A DNA stretch of 64,000 nt from Escherichia coli (GTDB taxonomy: Bacteria; Pseudomonadota; Gammaproteobacteria; Enterobacterales; Enterobacteriaceae): the NCBI RefSeq assembly GCF_003334305.1, contig NZ_QOWS01000008.1; one strand, given 5' to 3'. The position numbers and the translations under genes were made by a program. Below the pieces are notes generated by a model that saw nothing but the letters and a program-made list of their open reading frames with translations, was not told the origin of the DNA and made no database searches. This document shows, piece by piece, positions 51,052-61,069 of the stretch (its first letter is position 1; each line of letters starts with the position of its first letter).

Positions 51052-53604
51052 GTGAAGTTCGTAAAGTATTTTTTGATCCTTGCAGTCTGTTGCATTCTGC
51101 TGGGAGCAGGCTCGATTTATGGCCTATACCGCTACATCGAGCCACAACTGCCGGATGTGGCGACATTAAAAGATGTTCGCCTGCAAATTCCGATGCAGAT
51201 TTACAGCGCCGATGGCGAGCTGATTGCTCAATACGGTGAGAAACGTCGTATTCCGGTTACGTTGGATCAAATCCCACCGGAGATGGTGAAAGCCTTTATC
51301 GCGACGGAAGACAGCCGCTTCTACGAGCATCACGGCGTTGACCCGGTGGGGATCTTCCGTGCGGCAAGTGTGGCGCTGTTCTCCGGCCACGCGTCACAAG
51401 GGGCGAGTACCATTACCCAGCAGCTGGCGAGAAATTTCTTCCTCAGTCCAGAACGCACGCTGATGCGTAAGATTAAGGAAGTCTTCCTCGCGATTCGCAT
51501 TGAACAGTTGCTGACGAAAGACGAGATCCTCGAGCTTTATCTGAACAAGATTTACCTCGGTTACCGCGCCTATGGTGTCGGTGCTGCGGCACAAGTCTAT
51601 TTCGGTAAAACGGTCGACCAACTGACGCTGAACGAAATGGCTGTGATCGCCGGGCTGCCGAAAGCGCCTTCCACCTTTAATCCGCTCTACTCAATGGATC
51701 GTGCCGTCGCGCGGCGTAACGTCGTACTGTCGCGGATGCTGGATGAAGGGTATATCACCCAACAACAGTTCGATCAGACACGCACTGAGGCGATTAACGC
51801 TAACTATCACGCGCCGGAGATTGCTTTCTCTGCGCCGTACCTGAGCGAAATGGTGCGCCAGGAGATGTATAACCGTTATGGCGAAAGTGCCTATGAAGAC
51901 GGTTATCGCATTTACACCACCATCACCCGCAAAGTGCAGCAGGCCGCACAGCAGGCGGTACGTAATAACGTGCTGGACTACGACATGCGCCACGGCTATC
52001 GCGGCCCGGCAAATGTGCTGTGGAAAGTGGGCGAGTCGGCGTGGGATAACAACAAGATTACCGATACGCTGAAGGCGCTGCCAACCTATGGTCCGCTGCT
52101 GCCTGCCGCAGTCACCAGCGCCAATCCTCAGCAAGCGACGGCGATGCTGGCGGACGGGTCGACCGTCGCATTGAGTATGGAAGGCGTTCGCTGGGCGCGT
52201 CCTTACCGTTCGGATACTCAGCAAGGACCGACGCCGCGTAAAGTGACCGATGTTCTGCAAACGGGTCAGCAAATCTGGGTTCGTCAGGTTGGCGATGCAT
52301 GGTGGCTGGCACAAGTGCCGGAAGTGAACTCGGCGCTGGTGTCGATCAATCCGCAAAACGGTGCCGTTATGGCGCTGGTCGGTGGCTTTGATTTCAATCA
52401 GAGCAAGTTTAACCGCGCCACCCAGGCACTGCGTCAGGTGGGTTCCAACATCAAACCGTTCCTCTACACCGCGGCGATGGATAAAGGTCTGACGCTGGCA
52501 AGTATGTTGAACGATGTGCCAATTTCTCGCTGGGATGCAGGTGCCGGTTCTGACTGGCAGCCGAAGAACTCACCACCGCAGTATGCTGGTCCAATTCGCT
52601 TACGTCAGGGGCTGGGTCAGTCGAAAAACGTGGTGATGGTACGCGCAATGCGGGCGATGGGCGTCGACTACGCTGCAGAATATCTGCAACGCTTCGGCTT
52701 CCCGGCGCAAAACATTGTCCACACCGAATCGCTGGCGCTGGGTTCAGCGTCCTTCACCCCAATGCAGGTGGCGCGCGGCTACGCGGTCATGGCGAACGGT
52801 GGCTTCCTGGTGGACCCGTGGTTTATCAGCAAAATTGAAAACGATCAGGGCGGCGTGATTTTCGAAGCGAAACCGAAAGTAGCCTGCCCGGAATGCGATA
52901 TTCCGGTGATTTACGGTGATACGCAGAAATCGAACGTGCTGGAAAATAACGATGTTGAAGATGTCGCTATCTCCCGCGAGCAGCAGAATGTTTCTGTACC
53001 AATGCCGCAGCTGGAGCAGGCAAATCAGGCGTTAGTGGCGAAGACTGGCGCGCAGGAGTACGCACCGCACGTCATCAACACTCCGCTGGCATTCCTGATT
53101 AAGAGTGCTTTGAACACCAATATCTTTGGTGAACCAGGCTGGCAGGGTACCGGCTGGCGTGCAGGTCGTGATTTGCAGCGTCGCGATATCGGCGGGAAAA
53201 CCGGTACCACTAACAGTTCGAAAGATGCGTGGTTCTCGGGTTACGGTCCGGGCGTTGTGACCTCGGTCTGGATTGGCTTTGATGATCACCGTCGTAATCT
53301 CGGTCATACAACGGCTTCCGGAGCGATTAAAGATCAGATCTCAGGTTACGAAGGCGGTGCCAAGAGTGCCCAGCCTGCATGGGACGCTTATATGAAAGCC
53401 GTTCTTGAAGGTGTGCCGGAGCAGCCGCTGACGCCGCCTCCGGGTATTGTGACGGTGAATATCGATCGCAGCACCGGGCAGTTAGCTAATGGTGGCAACA
53501 GCCGCGAAGAGTATTTCATCGAAGGTACGCAGCCGACACAACAGGCGGTGCACGAGGTGGGAACGACCATTATCGATAATGGTGAGGCACAGGAATTGTT
53601 CTGA
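51052..53604 (+). CDS. mrcA: Penicillin-binding protein 1A (bifunctional glycosyltransferase / transpeptidase)
   Basis: GTG start at 51052 gives MKFVKYFLILAVCCILLGAGSIYGLYRYIEPQLPD... (850 aa); GT51 motifs (EDSRFYEHHG) and transpeptidase SxxK. Confidence 0.96.
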   Translation: MKFVKYFLILAVCCILLGAGSIYGLYRYIEPQLPDVATLKDVRLQIPMQIYSADGELIAQYGEKRRIPVTLDQIPPEMVKAFIATEDSRFYEHHGVDPVGIFRAASVALFSGHASQGASTITQQLARNFFLSPERTLMRKIKEVFLAIRIEQLLTKDEILELYLNKIYLGYRAYGVGAAAQVYFGKTVDQLTLNEMAVIAGLPKAPSTFNPLYSMDRAVARRNVVLSRMLDEGYITQQQFDQTRTEAINANYHAPEIAFSAPYLSEMVRQEMYNRYGESAYEDGYRIYTTITRKVQQAAQQAVRNNVLDYDMRHGYRGPANVLWKVGESAWDNNKITDTLKALPTYGPLLPAAVTSANPQQATAMLADGSTVALSMEGVRWARPYRSDTQQGPTPRKVTDVLQTGQQIWVRQVGDAWWLAQVPEVNSALVSINPQNGAVMALVGGFDFNQSKFNRATQALRQVGSNIKPFLYTAAMDKGLTLASMLNDVPISRWDAGAGSDWQPKNSPPQYAGPIRLRQGLGQSKNVVMVRAMRAMGVDYAAEYLQRFGFPAQNIVHTESLALGSASFTPMQVARGYAVMANGGFLVDPWFISKIENDQGGVIFEAKPKVACPECDIPVIYGDTQKSNVLENNDVEDVAISREQQNVSVPMPQLEQANQALVAKTGAQEYAPHVINTPLAFLIKSALNTNIFGEPGWQGTGWRAGRDLQRRDIGGKTGTTNSSKDAWFSGYGPGVVTSVWIGFDDHRRNLGHTTASGAIKDQISGYEGGAKSAQPAWDAYMKAVLEGVPEQPLTPPPGIVTVNIDRSTGQLANGGNSREEYFIEGTQPTQQAVHEVGTTIIDNGEAQELF

Positions 53605-53605
53605 T

Positions 53606-53630
53606 TAAAAAGGCGCTTCGGCGCCTTTTC
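53606..53630. terminator. Bidirectional intrinsic terminator between convergent mrcA and nudE
   Basis: aaaa-aggcgc-ttcg-gcgcct-tttc directly after the mrcA stop. Confidence 0.7.
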
Positions 53631-53654
53631 AGTTGGCTGACAAAGTGCATTTGT

Positions 53655-53760
53655 TTATGCCGGATGCGGGTGAACGCGTTATCCGGCTAACAAAATCGTG
53701 AAAAATCAATATATTGCAGGAAACCCATAAGCCTGATAAGCGTTGTGCATCAGGCAAACT
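53655..53760. repeat. Pair of REP-like palindromic units
   Basis: atgccggatgcgggtgaacgcgttatccggc and gcctgataagcgttgtgcatcaggc, in the mrcA-nudE intergenic region. Confidence 0.7.
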
Positions 53761-53768
53761 TCACGCAT

Positions 53769-54329
53769 TTACACTCGCCCCTGCCCTTTCAACCATTCGC
53801 GCACGAGGAACAGCGCGCTGACATTACGCGCTTCGTTGAAGTCAGGGTCTTCCAGCAAATCCATCATATGCGCCAGCGGCCAGCGCACCTGTGGTAGCGG
53901 CTCTGGCTCATCGCCTTCCAGCGATTCCGGGTAGAGATCTTGCGCGACCACGATATTCATTTTGCTGGAAAAGTAAGACGGTGCCATGCTGAGCTTCTTC
54001 AAAAAAGTCAGATCGTTCGCACCAAATCCAACCTCTTCTTTTAGCTCGCGGTTAGCGGCTTCGTAGACGCTTTCACCCGGATCAATTAATCCTTTCGAAA
54101 AACCTAATTCGTAGGATTCAGTTCCCACTGCGTATTCGCGGATCAGGATCAGGTGATCGTCCACAATCGGCACAATCATCACTGCTTCCCGGTTGGTTGG
54201 ACGCATTCGTTCATAAACACGCCGCACGCCATTGCTGAACTCCAGATCCACGCTCTCGACGGTAAACAGTCGGGAACGGGCTACAGTTTCAACATTCAGA
54301 ATGGTGGGTTTTTGTAATGATTTGCTCAT
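53769..54329 (-). CDS. nudE: ADP compounds hydrolase NudE (Nudix)
   Basis: 186-aa ORF MSKSLQKPTILNVETVARSRLFTVESVDLEFSNGVRRVYERM...; Nudix box GLIDPGESVYEAANRELKEEVG. Confidence 0.95.
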   Translation of the reverse strand: MSKSLQKPTILNVETVARSRLFTVESVDLEFSNGVRRVYERMRPTNREAVMIVPIVDDHLILIREYAVGTESYELGFSKGLIDPGESVYEAANRELKEEVGFGANDLTFLKKLSMAPSYFSSKMNIVVAQDLYPESLEGDEPEPLPQVRWPLAHMMDLLEDPDFNEARNVSALFLVREWLKGQGRV

Positions 54330-54648
54330 CGTGGGATCTATGCTGTGAAATCAGCGGTTATTGTGCGATATCGGACACGCTTTCGGCAATGTGAATTGCA
54401 TGTTATTTACATTTATGTAACTTAATAAATAATCGTCCTCAAATCAAATTAAAAGTCAATAGGTTGAAATAACTCCAGGAATTTGCTGATATTCCGCCTT
54501 CAGAGGGTTTGCTATGATCAGCGGTTACTGTGATGTGCTTAATGATGCTCAAGTTAAACTCCACGCTTGCCGATAGCCAACCGCAGAATCATGTATTGTG
54601 TCTGGTGCGACTGACCACGCCTGACAGACTAAGTAAGATGGGGAAAGC

Positions 54649-56784
54649 ATGAGCACCATTGTGATTTTTTTAGCTGCTTTGCTGGCCTGCTCACTACTTG
54701 CGGGATGGCTGATAAAAGTGCGATCCAGACGGCGTCAGCTGCCCTGGACCAACGCCTTCGCGGATGCGCAAACGCGTAAACTCACACCTGAAGAACGTAG
54801 CGCCGTTGAAAATTATCTTGAGAGCCTGACGCAGGTATTACAGGTGCCTGGCCCAACGGGAGCTAGCGCGGCACCGATCTCTCTGGCGCTGAATGCCGAA
54901 AGCAACAACGTCATGATGCTGACACACGCTATCACGCGTTACGGCATCTCTACCGACGATCCGAATAAATGGCGTTACTACCTCGATTCGGTAGAAGTCC
55001 ACCTGCCCCCTTTCTGGGAACAATACATCAACGATGAGAATACCGTTGAACTGATTTATACCGATTCGCTGCCGCTGGTTATTTCACTCAACGGTCATAC
55101 GCTGCAGGAGTACATGCAGGAAACGCGCGGCTATGCCTTGCAACCTGTTCCGTCCACGCAGGCGTCGATTCGCGGGGAAGAGAGTGAGCAAATCGAGCTA
55201 CTCAATATTCGCAAAGAAACGCATGAAGAATATGCGCTGAGTCGTCCGCGCGGGCTGCGTGAAGCGTTGCTGATCGTCGCCTCCTTCCTGATGTTCTTTT
55301 TCTGCCTGATTACCCCGGATGTATTTGTTCCGTGGCTGGCAGGCGGCGCATTACTGCTGCTGGGCGCAGGTCTGTGGGGGCTATTCGCGCCCCCGGCAAA
55401 ATCCTCCCTGCGAGAAATTCATTGTCTGCGCGGTACACCCCGTCGTTGGGGATTGTTTGGCGAAAACGATCAGGAACAGATCAACAATATTTCACTCGGT
55501 ATTATCGACCTGGTCTATCCCGCACACTGGCAGCCATACATTGCTCAGGATCTCGGTCAACAAACCGATATTGATATCTATCTCGACCGCCACGTAGTGC
55601 GTCAGGGGCGATATCTTTCGCTGCATGATGAAGTAAAAAACTTTCCGTTACAGCACTGGCTGCGCAGTACGATTATCGCTGCGGGCTCGCTGCTGGTGCT
55701 GTTTATGCTGTTATTCTGGATCCCGCTGGATATGCCGCTGAAATTCACTCTCTCATGGATGAAAGGCGCGCAGACCATTGAAGCCACCAGCGTAAAACAA
55801 CTGGCTGACGCTGGCGTGCGGGTAGGCGATACATTGCGTATTAGCGGTACGGGAATGTGTAATATTCGCACTTCCGGAACCTGGAGCGCGAAAACCAATT
55901 CACCTTTTTTACCGTTTGACTGCTCGCAGATCATCTGGAATGACGCCCGCTCATTACCATTACCAGAATCTGAACTGGTCAACAAAGCGACGGCATTGAC
56001 TGAAGCAGTTAATCGCCAGCTGCACCCTAAACCGGAAGATGAATCTCGCGTCAGTGCCTCATTACGTTCAGCGATTCAAAAATCCGGCATGGTATTGCTT
56101 GATGATTTTGGCGACATTGTACTGAAGACAGCGGATTTATGTTCTGCCAAAGATGACTGTGTGCGACTGAAAAATGCGCTGGTCAATCTCGGCAACAGTA
56201 AAGACTGGGACGCGCTGGTAAAACGCGCCAACGCCGGGAAGCTCGATGGCGTGAATGTGTTATTACGCCCGGTGAGTGCAGAATCGCTGGATAACCTGGT
56301 GGCAACCTCCACCGCGCCGTTTATCACGCATGAAACGGCGCGAGCGGCACAATCACTAAACAGTCCGGCCCCCGGCGGATTCCTGATTGTCAGCGACGAA
56401 GGCAGCGATTTTGTTGATCAGCCCTGGCCTTCGGCATCACTTTACGACTACCCGCCGCAAGAACAGTGGAACGCTTTCCAGAAACTGGCACAAATGCTGA
56501 TGCATACGCCGTTTAACGCCGAAGGTATCGTCACAAAAATCTTCACTGACGCCAATGGTACGCAGCATATTGGCCTTCATCCGATCCCGGATCGTTCCGG
56601 CCTGTGGCGCTATCTCAGCACCACATTGCTGCTACTGACGATGCTGGGTAGCGCCATTTACAATGGCGTACAGGCCTGGCGTCGTTACCAGCGTCATCGC
56701 ACTCGCATGATGGAGATTCAGGCCTATTATGAAAGCTGCCTGAACCCGCAACTGATCACCCCTTCAGAAAGCCTTATCGAATAA
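54649..56784 (+). CDS. igaA: Inner-membrane attenuator of the Rcs phosphorelay, IgaA
   Basis: 711-aa ORF MSTIVIFLAALLACSLLAGWLIKVRSRRRQLPWTNAFADAQTRKLTPEERSAVENYLESL... Confidence 0.93.
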   Translation: MSTIVIFLAALLACSLLAGWLIKVRSRRRQLPWTNAFADAQTRKLTPEERSAVENYLESLTQVLQVPGPTGASAAPISLALNAESNNVMMLTHAITRYGISTDDPNKWRYYLDSVEVHLPPFWEQYINDENTVELIYTDSLPLVISLNGHTLQEYMQETRGYALQPVPSTQASIRGEESEQIELLNIRKETHEEYALSRPRGLREALLIVASFLMFFFCLITPDVFVPWLAGGALLLLGAGLWGLFAPPAKSSLREIHCLRGTPRRWGLFGENDQEQINNISLGIIDLVYPAHWQPYIAQDLGQQTDIDIYLDRHVVRQGRYLSLHDEVKNFPLQHWLRSTIIAAGSLLVLFMLLFWIPLDMPLKFTLSWMKGAQTIEATSVKQLADAGVRVGDTLRISGTGMCNIRTSGTWSAKTNSPFLPFDCSQIIWNDARSLPLPESELVNKATALTEAVNRQLHPKPEDESRVSASLRSAIQKSGMVLLDDFGDIVLKTADLCSAKDDCVRLKNALVNLGNSKDWDALVKRANAGKLDGVNVLLRPVSAESLDNLVATSTAPFITHETARAAQSLNSPAPGGFLIVSDEGSDFVDQPWPSASLYDYPPQEQWNAFQKLAQMLMHTPFNAEGIVTKIFTDANGTQHIGLHPIPDRSGLWRYLSTTLLLLTMLGSAIYNGVQAWRRYQRHRTRMMEIQAYYESCLNPQLITPSESLIE

Positions 56785-56848
56785 CACGTTTGCGCGGCAG
56801 GTTATGCTACCCTGTCGCGCAAATTGCTTCACTCTGGAGATTTCCCTC

Positions 56849-57517
56849 ATGCATATCAACATTGCCTGGCAGGACGTAGATACCGTTCTGCTGGATATGG
56901 ACGGCACGTTGCTCGACCTCGCCTTCGATAACTATTTCTGGCAAAAGCTGGTGCCTGAAACATGGGGCGCCAAAAACGGGGTTACGCCACAGGAAGCGAT
57001 GGAATATATGCGCCAGCAATATCACGACGTACAGCATACGCTAAACTGGTACTGTCTTGATTACTGGAGTGAGCAACTGGGTCTGGATATCTGTGCGATG
57101 ACCACCGAGATGGGACCGCGTGCCGTACTGCGTGAAGATACCATTCCGTTTCTTGAGGCACTGAAAGCCAGCGGTAAGCAGCGAATTTTGCTCACCAATG
57201 CGCATCCGCACAACCTGGCGGTAAAACTTGAGCATACCGGTCTGGACGCACACCTTGATTTATTACTTTCCACCCACACATTTGGTTATCCGAAAGAGGA
57301 TCAGCGGTTATGGCATGCGGTGGCCGAAGCTACGGGTCTGAAAGCTGAAAGAACGCTGTTTATTGATGACAGCGAAGCGATTCTCGATGCTGCCGCGCAA
57401 TTTGGTATTCGTTACTGCCTCGGCGTGACTAATCCTGATTCCGGGATTGCCGAGAAACAGTATCAACGCCATCCGTCACTGAATGACTACCGCCGCCTGA
57501 TCCCCTCGCTAATGTGA
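56849..57517 (+). CDS. yrfG: HAD-family GMP/IMP nucleotidase YrfG
   Basis: Conserved start MHINIAWQDVDTVLLDMDGTLLDLAFDNYFWQKL (222 aa); the ORF track extends 15 codons upstream. Confidence 0.9.
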   Translation: MHINIAWQDVDTVLLDMDGTLLDLAFDNYFWQKLVPETWGAKNGVTPQEAMEYMRQQYHDVQHTLNWYCLDYWSEQLGLDICAMTTEMGPRAVLREDTIPFLEALKASGKQRILLTNAHPHNLAVKLEHTGLDAHLDLLLSTHTFGYPKEDQRLWHAVAEATGLKAERTLFIDDSEAILDAAAQFGIRYCLGVTNPDSGIAEKQYQRHPSLNDYRRLIPSLM

Positions 57518-57527
57518 AGGAGACGCC

Positions 57528-57929
57528 ATGAAAGAGAAACCTGCTGTTGAGGTTCGACTGGATAAATGGCTATGGGCTGCCCGTTTTTATAAAACCCGCG
57601 CGCTGGCCCGTGAAATGATTGAAGGCGGTAAGGTGCATTACAACGGGCAGCGCAGCAAGCCGAGCAAAATCGTCGAGCTGAATGCCACGCTCACTCTGCG
57701 CCAGGGAAATGACGAACGCACGGTGATTGTAAAGGCGATTACTGAACAGCGTCGCCCCGCCAGCGAGGCAGCCTTGCTGTATGAAGAGACTGCGGAAAGT
57801 GTAGAGAAACGCGAAAAAATGGCGATGGCACGTAAACTTAATGCCTTAACCATGCCGCACCCGGACCGACGCCCGGACAAAAAAGAGCGCCGCGACCTGT
57901 TACGATTTAAACACGGCGACAGTGAATAA
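57528..57929 (+). CDS. hslR: Heat shock protein 15 (ribosome-associated, S4-like RNA-binding)
   Basis: 133-aa ORF MKEKPAVEVRLDKWLWAARFYKTRALAREMIEGGKVHYNGQRSKPSKIVELNATLTLRQGNDERT... Confidence 0.95.
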   Translation: MKEKPAVEVRLDKWLWAARFYKTRALAREMIEGGKVHYNGQRSKPSKIVELNATLTLRQGNDERTVIVKAITEQRRPASEAALLYEETAESVEKREKMAMARKLNALTMPHPDRRPDKKERRDLLRFKHGDSE

Positions 57930-57953
57930 CTGTCACCTGCAAGAGAGATGATT

Positions 57954-58832
57954 ATGCCGCAACATGACCAATTACATCGCTATCTGTTTGAAAATTTTGC
58001 CGTTCGCGGCGAACTGGTAACCGTTTCGGAAACCCTGCAACAGATCCTTGAGAACCACGATTATCCGCAGCCCGTTAAAAACGTGCTGGCAGAACTGCTG
58101 GTTGCGACCAGCCTGTTAACCGCTACGCTGAAGTTTGATGGTGATATCACCGTACAGCTGCAAGGCGACGGTCCGATGAATCTGGCGGTTATTAACGGTA
58201 ACAATAACCAGCAAATGCGCGGTGTGGCGCGCGTGCAGGGCGAAATTCCAGAAAATGCCGACCTGAAAACGCTGGTCGGCAATGGTTACGTGGTGATCAC
58301 CATTACCCCGAGCGAAGGCGAACGCTATCAGGGCGTGGTTGGTCTGGAAGGTGATACCCTGGCGGCCTGCCTGGAAGATTACTTTATGCGTTCTGAACAG
58401 CTGCCGACGCGCCTGTTTATTCGCACCGGCGACGTAGACGGCAAACCGGCTGCAGGCGGTATGTTGTTGCAGGTAATGCCTGCGCAAAATGCCCAGCAGG
58501 ACGACTTTGACCACCTGGCGACGCTAACCGAAACCATCAAAACCGAAGAACTGCTGACCTTACCGGCAAACGAAGTGTTGTGGCGTTTGTATCACGAAGA
58601 AGAGGTGACGGTTTACGATCCGCAGGATGTGGAGTTCAAATGCACCTGCTCGCGTGAACGTTGCGCCGATGCGCTGAAAACGCTGCCTGATGAAGAAGTT
58701 GATAGCATCCTGACGGAAGATGGCGAAATTGACATGCATTGTGATTACTGCGGTAACCACTATCTGTTCAATGCGATGGATATTGCTGAAATCCGCAACA
58801 ACGCGTCTCCGGCAGATCCGCAAGTTCATTAA
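57954..58832 (+). CDS. hslO: Redox-regulated chaperone Hsp33
   Basis: [40 protein letters not shown]...; C-terminal zinc centre CTCSRERC...CDYCGNHY. Start could be 2 codons earlier (57948). Confidence 0.94.
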   Translation: MPQHDQLHRYLFENFAVRGELVTVSETLQQILENHDYPQPVKNVLAELLVATSLLTATLKFDGDITVQLQGDGPMNLAVINGNNNQQMRGVARVQGEIPENADLKTLVGNGYVVITITPSEGERYQGVVGLEGDTLAACLEDYFMRSEQLPTRLFIRTGDVDGKPAAGGMLLQVMPAQNAQQDDFDHLATLTETIKTEELLTLPANEVLWRLYHEEEVTVYDPQDVEFKCTCSRERCADALKTLPDEEVDSILTEDGEIDMHCDYCGNHYLFNAMDIAEIRNNASPADPQVH

Positions 58833-58842
58833 TGAGTATGTC

Positions 58843-58869
58843 CGGCAGAGAGGGCTCTGCCGGATTTTA
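58843..58869 (+). terminator. Intrinsic terminator after hslO
   Basis: ccggcagag-aggg-ctctgccgg followed by atttta. Confidence 0.65.
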
Positions 58870-58966
58870 CGACGTAATGGCCTGATGTGCTGCGCTTACC
58901 AGGCCTGTGAAATAAATCGCAAATTATTGTTGGTCAGATACAGCGTCGTATCCGTTAAAAGAGTTG

Positions 58967-60691
58967 TCACTTACTTAAGTTTATTTCCAGCGTTTCACCA
59001 TCTACCGTCAGATCGCGCCACGCTTTCGGCCTCGTCCCCAGTTTTCCATCCTTCGCAGCTGTGAGTAATTTTTCTTTCGTTATTTCGTTCGGAAGTAAAC
59101 TCATATCAAGCGCGTCCCATTCTTTTCTGTCTGAGTCAAAGCCATAGACAATGACTCTGTCATCATTAAAAGCAAACAGGATCCGCTCCGCCTGACCATC
59201 ACTATTCAGATCTTGCTCGGCCAGGACGCAGGCGTCTTTTTCAATACAGGTCATCACGTTATAGCGATCCTGGATTAAGGCCGACCAGAATGTCGCATCC
59301 GGTTTAACAGAACCAGGGGCAATTAACACATTTTCGGCTAATACTTTTTCCGATACCTGTTCCTGAAGATGTTGCTCTCCATCTAACGCCATCAGCAGAT
59401 CCCGCGCGCGTTTCGGGTCTTTCATAAACCCGGCATCGCTTTTCAGCGACTCAAGCGCCGCACGTCCATAGCGACCGCTCTGTTCGAGCATGTAGATAGT
59501 TACCTGGTCTGGCGTGTTTTTGCCGCTCTGATAACGCGCCATATGACTGTTCACGCTAATACGCATACTATCCAGCACCGGCGAATTAAGAAGCACCAGT
59601 ATCACCAACACCAATAACGAAACCGCAAGGTTCACTTTGCCCTGAAGAACAACGGGATTTTGCCCTTTACGCCAGACGATGCTGACAAAATACCCCAGCG
59701 ACCACACCAGTAACACCAGCACCGCCAGCACGCCCTGCAAGCGGTCGACAGTCCAGCCGTACTGAGCGACCCGCAGCCATAACGCCCAGGCGGCGACGAA
59801 CACATACAGCGGAGCAACCAGCAAAGCGGTTTTAATCAGGCAACGCAACGGCCCTGTCCAGGGAAGTGACGCTTTTTGCGGATCGCGGACAATAGCCATT
59901 AAGATCAATTGCAAAAAGGCCAGCGTTAACAGCAACCCGGCGGCGGAGATGTGGCGAGAAATCGCGCTCAGGCCCGTAAACGGCAGAGTGATGATAAACA
60001 TCAGGGTTAGCAATGATACTAACGGCAGCAACCCCGTGGCGATTAACGTGAACAACTTTTGAATAGAGTCGATTAAACGTGACTGTGTTCGCGCAAGGAT
60101 CACCGCAAGCGCGGTAACCAGACCTAACGTGAGATAAATAAACCAGTCGGTTGCAAAAAAGAGCGTATTGAAAAACGTGATGCCAACAAGTTTAAACAAC
60201 TCACTCCACAGTAAAAGCACCAGCCACGTCAAGCCATTGGCGAGAAAAATCACCAGTAATATAAGTACGTTATGCCATACTGACTGGTAAAAATAGCGAT
60301 AGCGGCTACTGTCATTGCGGATGCGAAGGCTTTGTTGTATCCACGGTAGCAACAACATTGCCATCAACAGCAGATAGCAGCCAAAATCCCAAATCGCCTT
60401 TTCAGCTCTCCAGGGGTTCATGCCATCAGTTTGCCACTTCAACCAGCCGCTCATCCCCAGCGTGGCAATAAACACCAGCGCCAGCCATCCCCAAAGGCGC
60501 TTCTGTTTAAAAGAGATCACGGAGAAGAGTAAAACGGATGAAAACGCAACGGTCGCAGGCACGCCATAAACAATCCAACTGTGATTTTTTCCGGCAAGCC
60601 AGGCGATCAACAGGTAGCAAACCAGCCCCTGAAGTAATCCGGTAGCAATCATCCCCCAGCGTGTTGCCGGTGAAAGTTCAACGTTATCCAT
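58967..60691 (-). CDS. yhgE: Inner membrane protein YhgE (multi-pass membrane N-terminus, soluble C-terminal domain)
   Basis: 574-aa [64 protein letters not shown]... Confidence 0.88.
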   Translation of the reverse strand: MDNVELSPATRWGMIATGLLQGLVCYLLIAWLAGKNHSWIVYGVPATVAFSSVLLFSVISFKQKRLWGWLALVFIATLGMSGWLKWQTDGMNPWRAEKAIWDFGCYLLLMAMLLLPWIQQSLRIRNDSSRYRYFYQSVWHNVLILLVIFLANGLTWLVLLLWSELFKLVGITFFNTLFFATDWFIYLTLGLVTALAVILARTQSRLIDSIQKLFTLIATGLLPLVSLLTLMFIITLPFTGLSAISRHISAAGLLLTLAFLQLILMAIVRDPQKASLPWTGPLRCLIKTALLVAPLYVFVAAWALWLRVAQYGWTVDRLQGVLAVLVLLVWSLGYFVSIVWRKGQNPVVLQGKVNLAVSLLVLVILVLLNSPVLDSMRISVNSHMARYQSGKNTPDQVTIYMLEQSGRYGRAALESLKSDAGFMKDPKRARDLLMALDGEQHLQEQVSEKVLAENVLIAPGSVKPDATFWSALIQDRYNVMTCIEKDACVLAEQDLNSDGQAERILFAFNDDRVIVYGFDSDRKEWDALDMSLLPNEITKEKLLTAAKDGKLGTRPKAWRDLTVDGETLEINLSK

Positions 60692-60932
60692 GTTGGTTAT
60701 CCAGAATCAAAAGGTGGGTTAATTATCGCATCCGGGCAGTAGTATTTTGCTTTTTTCAGAAAATAATCAAAAAAAGTTAGCGTGGTGAATCGATACTTTA
60801 CCGATTGAATTTGCATCAATTTCATTAAGGAATGCGATTCCACTCACAATATTCCCGCCATATAAACCAAGATTTAACCTTTTGAGAACATTTTCCACAC
60901 CTAAAATGCTATTTCTGCGATAATAGCAACCG

Positions 60933-60954
60933 TTTCGTGACAGGAATCACGGAG
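60933..60954 (+). promoter_or_regulatory. Candidate CRP site in the pckA promoter region
   Basis: tttCGTGAcaggaaTCACGgag: TGTGA-N6-TCACA-like inverted repeat about 125 bp upstream of the pckA ATG. pckA is a classical catabolite-controlled gene. Confidence 0.45.
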
Positions 60955-61069
60955 TTTTTTGTCAAATATGAATTTCTCCAGATACGTAAATCTATGAGCC
61001 TTGTCGCGGTTAACACCCCCAAAAAGACTTTACTATTCAGGCAATACATATTGGCTAAGGAGCAGTGAA

